From the NCBI GenBank assembly GCA_963812135.1, contig CAWETU010000001.1:1312001-1376000 (forward strand): a stretch of 64,000 nucleotides of DNA. Reading direction: 5' to 3'. Numbering within the stretch: the stretch's first letter is position 1; each line of letters begins with the position of its first letter. Positions 9,525 through 18,636 of the stretch are shown here, in pieces. The position numbers were made by a program, and so were the translations under genes. The stretch is from Vulcanimicrobiota bacterium. Its GTDB lineage: Bacteria; Vulcanimicrobiota; Vulcanimicrobiia; Eremiobacterales; Eremiobacteraceae. Under the pieces are notes generated by a model. That model ran no database searches. It saw only the letters and a list, made by a program, of their open reading frames with translations, and had not been told where the DNA came from.

Positions 9525-11282
9525 TCAGAGGAGGCGGCGGCGCGCGGCAACAGCGACCGCCTGGGCCCGATTGTCGGCGCCGAGCTTGGTCATCACGGAG
9601 TTGAGGTGGAACTTCACCGTGCGTTCGGCGATGTCCATGCGGCCCGCGATCTGCTTGTTCGAAAGCCCGTCGGCTACGAAGCGCAACACTTCCCGCTCGC
9701 GCACGGTCAACGCCGCCGGCGCCGGCTCGCGGACCTCCGCCGCCAGCACCGCGGCGATGGGCGGAGGGAGGAACGAACCGCCGGCATAGACCTCGCGGAT
9801 GGCGCGGGCTACTTCGGTCGCCGGTGCGCCCTTGAGGATGTAGCCGCGCGCGCCGGCGCGCACCGCGCCGACGATCTTGTCGTCGTCGGCATACGCGGTG
9901 AAGATGACGACGCGCGCGTCCGGCATCGCCCGCGCGAGCTCGCGCACCGCCTGCACGCCGCTCAGACCCGGCATCTCGAAATCGAGCAACACGACATCCG
10001 GCCGCCATTGTGCGCCGTGCGCGATGAGATCCTCGGTTGAGCCCGTGGCGCCGACGATCTCGAGATCCTGCTCGCCGTCCAGGGCCGCCGTCAGGCCTTC
10101 GCGGACAACCGGATGATCATCGACGAGCGCGACCCGGATCATCGCAGTCGCGGCCGCCACCGGCACCGTGACCGCGACGGTGGTGCCGCGGCCGCGCGAG
10201 CTCGCGATCTTCAGCGAGCCGCCGGCGAGCTGCGCGCGCTCGCGCATCCCGATGACGCCTTGACCCGACCCGCGCGACGACCGGCGATAGCCGAGGCCGT
10301 CGTCGTGCACCTGGAGCGTCGCGCGGTTGCCGCGTTTCGACAAAGTGATCGCGACCGCCGTGGCGCGCGCGTGCTTGTCGACATTCGTGAGGGCCTCCTT
10401 CGCGATGGCGAGCAGCTCGCTCTCGACGGATGCCGGCAGGTCGAATTGAGCGGCCTGCACGCGCACCTGCACGCCCGTGCGCGACGTGAACGATCGCGCG
10501 AGCGACTCCAAACCAGTTGCAAGCGGCTCGCCCGCCCGCGTGGCGCCGCGCAGCGACTGCATCGAACCGCGCGCCTCGCCGATGCCTTCACGCGCGACGT
10601 CGAGGGCCCGCGCGAGTTCGCCACGTGCGCGGTCGCTCGCGCCATCGAGGTGCTTGAGCGCTCCCTCTAAGTGCAAGGCGATCGCAGTGAAGCGCTGCGC
10701 CAGCGTGTCGTGGATCTCGCGCGCGAGCCTGGTCCGCTCCTCGATCCGCGCGAGACGCGCGCCTTCGCCCGCCAGCCGCATGCGCTCGATCGTCGCGCCG
10801 GCTTGCAGCGCGATCGTCTCGAGCAAACGCAGCTCACCTTTCGAGAGGCGGCGCCATTTCGGGCCGGTGAGGTTCATGATGCCGAGCGGCTTGCCGCGAA
10901 AATACAGCGGCACGCTCGCATGGTAGCGCAGGCCGCCGGTCAGCTCGGTGTGTTCGCCCGCGACCGCGGGTGCGAGCCGGCTGCACTCGATGACGTCGAC
11001 ATTGTGCGGCGAGAGTTTGCCGTCGCGGAAGTCCTGCGTGCATTGACACCAGCTGCCCGCCATGCGCACCGGTTCCCGCAAGTATGGAGGAAGATTGTGC
11101 GCGGCCACATTGTAAAAACGATTGGTGTCAGGATCGATCAGCCAAATCCAACCGGTGCGCAATCCGAGTAGGCCTGTGACGATCGCGAGCATGCGCTCGA
11201 GCGCCCGCCCGAGGTCGGTGGCGGCGTTGAGCTCGTCGGCGATGGCGTACAATATGCGCAGCTCTTTCGCGCGAGCTTGCAT
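9525..11282 (-). CDS. GAF sensor histidine kinase (HisKA_3) read in frame into a NarL/LuxR response regulator (RR part 9525-10142)
   Basis: GAF with WCQC...IECSRL, ERTRLAREIHD, EALTNVDKHA, DDGLG; then MIRVALVDDHPVVREG, LLDFEMP, GLSNKQIA HTH. Confidence 0.9.
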   Translation of the reverse strand: MQARAKELRILYAIADELNAATDLGRALERMLAIVTGLLGLRTGWIWLIDPDTNRFYNVAAHNLPPYLREPVRMAGSWCQCTQDFRDGKLSPHNVDVIECSRLAPAVAGEHTELTGGLRYHASVPLYFRGKPLGIMNLTGPKWRRLSKGELRLLETIALQAGATIERMRLAGEGARLARIEERTRLAREIHDTLAQRFTAIALHLEGALKHLDGASDRARGELARALDVAREGIGEARGSMQSLRGATRAGEPLATGLESLARSFTSRTGVQVRVQAAQFDLPASVESELLAIAKEALTNVDKHARATAVAITLSKRGNRATLQVHDDGLGYRRSSRGSGQGVIGMRERAQLAGGSLKIASSRGRGTTVAVTVPVAAATAMIRVALVDDHPVVREGLTAALDGEQDLEIVGATGSTEDLIAHGAQWRPDVVLLDFEMPGLSGVQAVRELARAMPDARVVIFTAYADDDKIVGAVRAGARGYILKGAPATEVARAIREVYAGGSFLPPPIAAVLAAEVREPAPAALTVREREVLRFVADGLSNKQIAGRMDIAERTVKFHLNSVMTKLGADNRAQAVAVAARRRLL

Positions 11283-11336
11283 GGTGCCGCGAGTTCGGTC
11301 CCGAACGCTCTTTGTCCGCCCCGAAAGGATGCGATC

Positions 11337-11906
11337 ATGGCCGGTAAGATCACGTGGGTTCCGACTCTTGATGACGCGCTCGCCCAGTCCAAAGGTTCCG
11401 GCAAGCTCGTGCTGCTGGATTTTTTCAGCCCTACCTGAGGGGGCTGCAAAGCGCTGGATACCGTGACGTATCCACAGACCTTCGTCCAAGACATCATCAA
11501 CGAGTTTTGCGTCCCCGTGCAGATCAACAATTCACTTGACGAGAACAAGCCATTGCTCACGCGTTTCAGGCACATCTGGACGCCCGATCTGCGCGTGCTT
11601 GACACCGATGGGTACGAACTCTATCGCTGGAACGGCTATCTGCCGCCGGCGGAATTTGCCGCACAGACGCTGACCGCGCTCGGTCTGGCGCGGTTGCGCT
11701 TGCGGCAATTCGACCAGGCGCAGGGCCACTACACCGACGTGCTGCGCCGCTTTCCGACGTCGTTTGCGGCGCCCGAAGCGGCCTATTTCCTCGCCGTGAC
11801 CAACTACCGCAGCTCCGGCGAAGCGAATGCGCTGCTCCACGGCTGGCACGATCTCGAGAAAACGTATCCCACGAGCGAGTGGACGGCGAAGCAGAACTTC
11901 GACTGA
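11337..11906 (+). CDS. Thioredoxin-like selenoprotein (UGGC) with C-terminal TPR-like helices
   Basis: ATG 11337 in frame with ORF 11463-11906; VLLDFFSPT-TGA(11436-11438)-GGCKAL matches CxxC; downstream hairpin. Confidence 0.85.
11455..11474 (+). promoter_or_regulatory. Putative bacterial SECIS hairpin
   Basis: tggatac-cgtgac-gtatcca; loop starts 23 nt after UGA. Confidence 0.6.
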
Positions 11907-11910
11907 CGCG

Positions 11911-12489
11911 CTAGTCCAGTCCGATCCATTCGCGGATCTGCCGCGCCACGCCCTCGGCTGATGGCGGGTCGTAGTTCGACAAGACGACGAGCGTATAGCC
12001 GCTTGCGGGATCGATCTCAAGATCGGCGTTGATGCCGGGTGCACCGCCCGCGACTCCGATACCCTCGCCGAGGACGGAACGCGTGCCCGCAGGGTCGAGC
12101 AGCTTCCCGCTCTCAAGCGCAGCGCTGTTGCCGATCGTATCGTCGTGCGAGAGCTTGCGCTGAGCGACGAGCTGTTCGACCGCGATGCGCGTCATAAGCT
12201 TGTTGATCGAACCCAGATTGAACCGCATGTCGAGTGTGTTCGGCGCGGCGTACTCCTTGCTCGCCATGCCATAGGCGCCGCTGAACACGACATCGCCATG
12301 TCGAGCGAGCACGACGACACCTGAAAACGCGTCGGCGAGCGCTTGCGTCGCCAAGTACGACCTGATGCGTGCGGCAAGGTCCGCCGGCACGGGCGGCTGC
12401 GTTTGCGCGGCGACCGTTTTCGAAGGCGCCGCTGCCATGAGAACGGCCAGCGCGATGACAGCCAGCGCCGCACGGCGTATCGCCTTCAT
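11911..12489 (-). pseudogene. Serine hydrolase/beta-lactamase family protein with large in-frame internal deletion
   Basis: FSGVVVLA, FNLGSINK (SxxK), then DDTIG jumps to ALESGKLL and GGAPG; LLxHxSG and YSN regions absent. Confidence 0.72.
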
Positions 12490-12524
12490 GCGTTCACCGT
12501 AGATCGGTCGAATAAATTCGACCG

Positions 12525-13019
12525 CTACACGGCGCGATCGAAGAACGTATCGTCGGCGGAGCGGCGGACCGGCAAGTCCGTCGGCCGCATATCGTCGGCC
12601 TTGGGCGTCGCGGCATCGCGCGATATGCCCGCCTGGGACGTGATCGAAGAATCGCCGACGGAGTCCGCGAGGCGCTGCAACGCCACCCGGCGTTCGCGGT
12701 AGAACTGCCGCAGCGAGATACTAAGATCAGCCGCTACGCGATCGCGCAGCTGGCCGCCGACGTCATACTGCTCGATGATGGCCCGCTGCCGTCTGCGTTG
12801 CAGGGCGCCGCGGAGCGTGTGCTGCTCGGCGTCGAGCATCGTGACGCACCACAGGACGAAGCGCTGCACGTTGCGGACGTCCGTTTCGTCAAATGGACGC
12901 GCCGCCGGCGATTGCCGGCGGAAGAAGCGGATGGCGTTCGCGAGCGGATCCCTGCGCAGGGCGACAGGGTGGTAGAGATTGCGCAGCAACCGCTTCACGG
13001 AGCCAGGCGTGGCTTCCAT
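12525..13019 (-). CDS. Uncharacterised HTH-like protein (paralogue 1 of 3)
   Basis: LLRNLYHPVALRR...YDVGGQLRDRVAADLSISLRQFYRERRVAL. Confidence 0.7.
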   Translation of the reverse strand: MEATPGSVKRLLRNLYHPVALRRDPLANAIRFFRRQSPAARPFDETDVRNVQRFVLWCVTMLDAEQHTLRGALQRRRQRAIIEQYDVGGQLRDRVAADLSISLRQFYRERRVALQRLADSVGDSSITSQAGISRDAATPKADDMRPTDLPVRRSADDTFFDRAV

Positions 13020-13159
13020 TGATCCCTCTTACGCCGCCGTGATCGAAATGTTTCACCCCGAAAGGGGTCGCCGCTGACACCGTCGTTCGGCCAGCCCGTG
13101 GCATTTCCTTGTCACCGAAAGGTGCATATGCACGTTTTCAGCGAAGATACAGCCGTTCC

Positions 13160-13615
13160 ATGAAAACAAATCGTCTCGACCCCGAACGGCTGGAGCAGTG
13201 CGCTTGTCTGAGCGCGCGCAAGACCGCGCGCGCGGTCACCCGCGCGTTCGACGCGGCGCTCGCCCCGAGCGGCCTGGAGGCGACGCAATTCACGGTGCTC
13301 GCAGCGCTCGCCGGCGCACCGCAGACCGTGGGCCGGCTGGCAGACGAGCTGGTCATGGACCGCACGACGTTGTCGCGCAACGTCCAGCCGCTGCGGCGGC
13401 TCGGCTTGGTGTCCGTACGTCCGGATCGCGATGCACGCCGCCGCGTCGTCGCGCTCACCGGCGCGGGCACGCGCAAGCTCAAGGCAGCATTCCCGTTGTG
13501 GCGTAAAATGCAGCGCGAGACCATGGCTGCGGTGGGTCGGGCGCGATTCGTCGACGCCCTCGAAAGCATGTCAGAACTTACCGCGGCTTCGATCGCGCCG
13601 CGGTCGAGCCGCTAG
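13160..13615 (+). CDS. MarR family transcriptional regulator
   Basis: CACLSARKTARAVT, MDRTTLSRN, DARRRVVALT. Confidence 0.92.
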   Translation: MKTNRLDPERLEQCACLSARKTARAVTRAFDAALAPSGLEATQFTVLAALAGAPQTVGRLADELVMDRTTLSRNVQPLRRLGLVSVRPDRDARRRVVALTGAGTRKLKAAFPLWRKMQRETMAAVGRARFVDALESMSELTAASIAPRSSR

Positions 13616-15021
13616 TAGCGGGTCACCGGACGCAGATCGTCGATCCGCGGGTCATAGTACACTGTGGCCATCGAGTTGTCACGATGCTCAAGCGCCAAGA
13701 CCAGGTATCGCTGAGCGAGCTGCCGCTCGTTGAGCGCGTCATAGACCAGGGCGAGCGAGTACCACGGCCGCGGATGTTCTGCAAGCAGCTGGTCGAGCGA
13801 TGCCTCGGCTTCGCGCCGCCGGTGCTGCAGCGCAAGGATGCGGCCGCGCTCGGCGACGTAGGTTGGATCGGGATTGAGCCGGTTCGCCTCGTCGATCGCC
13901 TTGAGCGCATCGTCGTATTGGCCTTGCTGTTCTTGTGAGAGCGCCATGCCGAAAAACGTATAGTCGTTCCTCGGGTCGATCGTGGACGCTTCGGTGAACG
14001 CGACCAGCGCACGATCGAACTGCCGGACGTAGAAGAGCTGCCAGCCAAGCGCGATCTTGATGATGCTTGAGGTGGGCTCGAGCTCGCTCGCCTTTTCGAT
14101 CTCGGCAAGGCTGGCGGCGCTGTGGCTGCGGCTATAGAAGAGCAGCCACGAATACCATTCGTGCGCGGTGGCGTAGTTCGGATCGAGACGGATCGCCTCT
14201 TCGAATTCCGTCTGGGCGACCCTCATGTCGCGGTCCACGTTTTCGGCGACGAAGGCGACCGATGCGTGGCATTCGGCGCAGGTGTCGTCGAGCGCGACGC
14301 TGCGCGCCGCGGCGACGCGCGCGAGTTCTCCAAGCCGCTTGGCTTCCTCGGGCGAATCCGACGCGAGCCGCATGACCGAGTACGTGTCGGCCAAACCCGA
14401 ATATGCCTGCGGATACTGCGGGTCCAGCCTGATCGCCGATTCGAATCGGTTGAGCGCGATCTTGACGTTCGGATCGGTGCGCCGGCTCCAATAGAAGCGT
14501 CCTTGCTCGTAGGCAACCCTCGCCGCTGGATCGGCGGTCGCAAGCGGCGCGTGGGAGGGCCGCACCGTCGACAACAGCGCGATGAGACTGAGCGCGAGCA
14601 CGCCGCCGATGAGCGCGGCGCGCGCCGGGAGCGACCAGCGCTCCAAGCGCTGCGAGGACAACGTGGGGGTTGACGGGTCTTCTGCAAGCGGCGCCGAGCT
14701 TTCGCGACTCGCGGCGGAAACAAATCGATAGCCTTGGCCAGGTACGGTCGCGATGATCTCACCGTCGTCGCCCGCGATCTTGAACGTGCGGCGTAGCACG
14801 TAGACGGTTTGCGGCACATTGTTGGGTTCGACGCAGCCTTCGGGCCAGACCGCGGCGAGCAGATCGTCTTTCGTGACGATCTCGCCTGCATGCTCGAGGA
14901 AGTATCCAAGCGCGGTCGCGCACCGCACGTTGAGCTCGATCGGGCGGCCATCGCGCGTCAGCGTCTTGGTCGCGGGGTCGAAACGATAGCGGCCGAACCG
15001 CACGACGGCGCCCTGTGCCAT
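13612..15021 (-). CDS. OmpR/CadC-type winged-helix, TM and TPR regulator
   Basis: FGRYRFDP, VTKDDLLAAVW, IATVPGQGYRF, TM helix, TPR repeats. Confidence 0.88.
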   Translation of the reverse strand: MAQGAVVRFGRYRFDPATKTLTRDGRPIELNVRCATALGYFLEHAGEIVTKDDLLAAVWPEGCVEPNNVPQTVYVLRRTFKIAGDDGEIIATVPGQGYRFVSAASRESSAPLAEDPSTPTLSSQRLERWSLPARAALIGGVLALSLIALLSTVRPSHAPLATADPAARVAYEQGRFYWSRRTDPNVKIALNRFESAIRLDPQYPQAYSGLADTYSVMRLASDSPEEAKRLGELARVAAARSVALDDTCAECHASVAFVAENVDRDMRVAQTEFEEAIRLDPNYATAHEWYSWLLFYSRSHSAASLAEIEKASELEPTSSIIKIALGWQLFYVRQFDRALVAFTEASTIDPRNDYTFFGMALSQEQQGQYDDALKAIDEANRLNPDPTYVAERGRILALQHRRREAEASLDQLLAEHPRPWYSLALVYDALNERQLAQRYLVLALEHRDNSMATVYYDPRIDDLRPVTRY

Positions 15022-15144
15022 ACGGTCTGGTTCGGTTCGATGGCACGCAGATGCTCCTCGACAGGCACCCGTTTGGCATTCTCATGGCAAAAAACCGCCG
15101 ATTATTGAGCGATACTTGATTGCCTAAAGCGCGCTTGGGCGCGT

Positions 15145-15620
15145 ATGGTTGGACGCGAGGTCATCGCTTTGTTCACACCGGCTGCCGTCACCCAGTTCCT
15201 CCGGCACCTGCACTACCCGTTGGCGCTGCGCCGCAGCGCCGCTGCCCGAGTCATCTGCTCGGAGCGGCGGCCGATCCAGGCGGACGAGCCGCTGCGCAAC
15301 GATGACCTCGTCTTCGTGCAAAGCGTCGCGCACAGCTGTCTTGCGCAGATCGAAGCCGAGCCGCAGACCTTGCGCGGGGCGGCCAGCCGCGCGCGGCAGG
15401 CGGCGATTTTGACGCGTTACGAGGTGAAGGGCGAACCGCGCGAGCGCATCACCGCCGAGCTGAGCATCTCCGCGCGGCAGTTCTATAGAGAGCGCGCGCG
15501 CGGCTTGCAGACGTTCGCCGCGCTCTTAGCCGACCGCGTGCTAGCCGGCGTCAGCGGCGGCCGCCGGGCGCGCGGCGTGCCGGTACTCGCTGGGGTTGGT
15601 GCCGGCCACTCGCTTGAACG
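15145..15620 (+). CDS. Uncharacterised HTH-like protein (paralogue 2 of 3); 3' end uncertain
   Basis: FLRHLHYPLALRR...YEVKGEPRERITAELSISARQFYRERARGL; frame runs on over the next gene. Confidence 0.6.
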
Positions 15621-15745
15621 TCTTGGAAGTGGCTCTGGTCCGCAAAGCCCGCCGCGACCGCTGAGGCTAGCGCTCCCGCTCGGCACTTCCTCGCCTTTCG
15701 CAGCAAAAAAAGGGCCGCGACGCGTGCATGGCCGTATGTTGCCAG

Positions 15746-16078
15746 ATGAAAACGGGCGAACGGCTGACGTTCGCGCAGTTCTGGCCGACGTATCTGCGCG
15801 ATCACAGCAATCCAACCACGCGCGCCATCCATCTCGCGGGCACCGTCGCAGCGCTGCTCTGCCTCGCTACCGCGCTCATCGCGCGCAACCCGTGGTGGAT
15901 CCTCATCGGAATCATCGCCGGTTACGGCCCGGCGTGGTTCGCGCATTTCTTCGTCGAGAAGAACCGCCCCGCGACGTTCAGCCACCCCTTTCTCTCGCTC
16001 GCCGCCGACTTCGCCATGTTGGGCCACGCGCTGCGCGGCACGCTCGACGACGAAGTCCGCAAGGCGACGCAGCAGTAG
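15746..16078 (+). CDS. DUF962/Mpo1-like membrane protein
   Basis: FWPTYLRDHSNP..RAIH, GYGPAWFAHFFVEKNRPATF. Confidence 0.9.
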   Translation: MKTGERLTFAQFWPTYLRDHSNPTTRAIHLAGTVAALLCLATALIARNPWWILIGIIAGYGPAWFAHFFVEKNRPATFSHPFLSLAADFAMLGHALRGTLDDEVRKATQQ

Positions 16079-16118
16079 CGCAGGCCTCCCGCGGGGTGGA
16101 ACAGAATGCAGGCGGCGC

Positions 16119-16191
16119 GCCGAGATAGCTCAGTTGGTAGAGCACCGCACTGAAAATGCGGGTGTCGTCAGTTCAATTCTGACTCTCGGCA
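16119..16191 (+). tRNA. tRNA-Phe(GAA), CCA not encoded
   Basis: GCCGAGA/TCTCGGC acceptor stem, ccgca-CTGAAAA-tgcgg anticodon arm, GTTCAATTC T-loop. Confidence 0.96.
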
Positions 16192-16257
16192 TATCGCTTT
16201 TGTGCAGCACCCCTGCCGTACACGCTGCACTTCCTTTATACCGCGGGATCTGGCGCC

Positions 16258-18104
16258 CTACATATGGCCCCATTGATCTTCGTAAAGGAAGTTGTTCGGA
16301 TCGACCTGGTGCGCTTGCGCTTGGGATCCTGTGAAGTCGCCGTCGACGACCCACGCGTTGATATGAATCGCCTGACCTTGCATGCCGGCGATGCAGAGAC
16401 GGTTCTCAAGCTCGGCGCCGCTCAACCATCCGTTCTTGGGGCCGTTCCCCGCTAACGTCTGCGTCAACTCAGGGCAAAACGGCGAAACGCTTCCGTAGTC
16501 GATGATCGCGGTGATGTGCTTCTTGATGTAGAGCTGTGTGATGGTCGACGTGGTCGCATACGTGTAGTGCGCGACGATGACGACGTGGCCCGGTTGAGCA
16601 TGTCCGAACAGGCTGTAGCTGGCGGAGCCGTCATCAACTTGGCCGCCGGGACGAGTCGGCCAGCCGAGTGGCGCGAGACTGATAAATGGCCGCAGCAGCA
16701 GACAGACCCAGCCGTGTCCCTTGCCTCGCCCGATGTTCATCCCGCCAGAACTGTCGCTGACAAGTAGGCCCTTGTCGACGCCGAAAACGTTGTCGGGAGG
16801 ATCGCACGACGACGAAGCTCGCCGTTGTCATCATCAGGCTTTGAACCGTTACTGTTCTGTCCGCCGTTGTTGCCGCCGCCACCCCCGCCGCTGCTGTCAT
16901 CCGGGCTCTGACCGGGGTTCGGCGAGTTACCGTTGTTCGGCGCCTGACCGGGATTTGGCGCGCCGTTGTTGCCATTCGGTTCTGAACCGGGATTCGGTGC
17001 ATTACCATCCGGAGGAATGCCGGGGTCATCCCCCGGTTTCGGATTCCAACCAAGCGCCTGAACCGCGCCGCCAGATAGCCGGCCCACCCGGTGCTGCCCA
17101 GGTCCGTTCCACCGAATCCGGCAGCGATCGCGTGCGGCAATCCGCGATTGCTCAAAGTCGCGAGTTGGACGCCGTTCGCAGACACGGCTTGGCGCGTGAC
17201 CCGAATCTCGAGCACGCCGGGGTTCAGATAGCCGCCCTTGTCGAGCATGCGCGCGTAGACGCTCGGCTTGACGATGCTCCACGGAGTCGGCGCCAGGTCG
17301 CCCGGGACTCGAGCGACGCCGATGGTCGCGAAGTCCCGCATGATCGAATCATAATCCGCCGCGTTGGCGATGAGCTCATTGCGGATGTCGCGCACCTGGA
17401 TGATACCTTGCCGACATCGCCCATCTGTCCGAGCGCAGCGTCAAAGCTGGGAACGCCCGGCACGTTGGATGAGATCTGACCCCAGTACCGCTGAAGCTTC
17501 TCGTAGAAGCTCTCCTGCATTCGCGATTTGAACTCGGGTAGAACCGTGTCCACGAGATGCCGCGAAGCAGGGGAAAGCTCTTGGTACTTCATCCCGGCCA
17601 GCAACGACCAGGTGAGGATTTGGACGTCATGGGGATTGTAGCCATAAGAAGTGCGAGCGAACAGCGCCGAGGCGATGTCGGCCCATTGCCCCTGGATCGG
17701 CGTGAGGCGGAACTTGTTGCGGGTCGGCACATGGACGTGCGCGAGCATGCAATAATTGAAGACGCTGATGGCATAGTCGCCGGCGGGAAAGAGCACGTGG
17801 CCGTCGCGTGAATGCGCGTACAGGTTCTAGACGACGTCTTGACTCACCGGACGAAAATGCCCGCCGGGCAGCGTCGCTACGATCGGATATTCCGCATCTG
17901 CGCTGAGGCGCAGGGGCTGCTCGAGGAAGAACTCATCACCCATCTTCTTGACGAGCTCTTTCGAAACAACGTCCTTTGCGGCTTGGTTCACAGAAGGAAC
18001 GCCAGGCACGCCTGGAATCCCTGGCAAGCCCGCCCGGGCAGGCCCCATCGTCAACGCGAGGATCAACGCCACGAGAGAGACGAAGTCGCAACAGCAGCTT
18101 CATG
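16258..18104 (-). pseudogene. Disrupted secreted protein gene (one in-frame TAG and several frameshifts)
   Basis: Successive minus-strand fragments 17827-18072, 17224-17796 (same frame across TAG), 16634-17395, 16737-17282, 16258-16740 read as one protein with signal peptide and G/N/P linker. Confidence 0.62.
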
Positions 18105-18136
18105 TCGGTTTCGAACACCGCTTTCTGTCGAAGGCA

Positions 18137-18589
18137 TTATACCACGGGCCGGCGCGGCACGATCAGGCGCGCGATCTCGCTCAGCACCAGCTCGTCGTTC
18201 TGATTGCGGGTCGTCAGGCGCACGCTGACGATGCCGCGCGGCTGGCCCCGATCTGACGCTTTGACATCGACGATCTCCAACGTGACGCGCAGCGTGTCGC
18301 CTGGCCGCACGGGACGCGGCCAGCGCAGCTCGTCGATTCCGATCCCGATGATGCCGATCGCCGCCATGACCCCGCTATTCACGGTGAGCCGCATCGTGAG
18401 CGCAGCCGTGAACCAGCCGCTCGCGGTCAGTCCTTTGAAGATGCTCGCATCTGCCGCGGCGTCGTCGAGATGGAACGGCTGGGGATCGTAACGGCGCGCG
18501 AACGCCATGATCTCATCGCGCTCGACCAGCGCCGAACCGGCCTCGTGAACTTGGCCCGGTTCGAAGTCCTCGAGATAGCGGTAGGTCAT
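18137..18589 (-). CDS. MaoC family dehydratase
   Basis: YLEDFEPG, FARRYDPQPFH, ASGWFT, PVRPGDTL. Confidence 0.92.
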   Translation of the reverse strand: MTYRYLEDFEPGQVHEAGSALVERDEIMAFARRYDPQPFHLDDAAADASIFKGLTASGWFTAALTMRLTVNSGVMAAIGIIGIGIDELRWPRPVRPGDTLRVTLEIVDVKASDRGQPRGIVSVRLTTRNQNDELVLSEIARLIVPRRPVV

Positions 18590-18636
18590 GCAGCCGCGCG
18601 TTCAAAGAACGCGCACGCACATCCTCGGACCCGGGC

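Noticed and set aside
15620..16128. C-terminal extension of ORF 15145-16128
   Set aside because: Overlaps the clear DUF962 gene and the tRNA start; Arg-rich off-frame composition
17827..17829. In-frame TAG as pyrrolysine readthrough
   Set aside because: The gene also carries several frameshifts and no pyl genes are seen; a nonsense mutation or error is simpler
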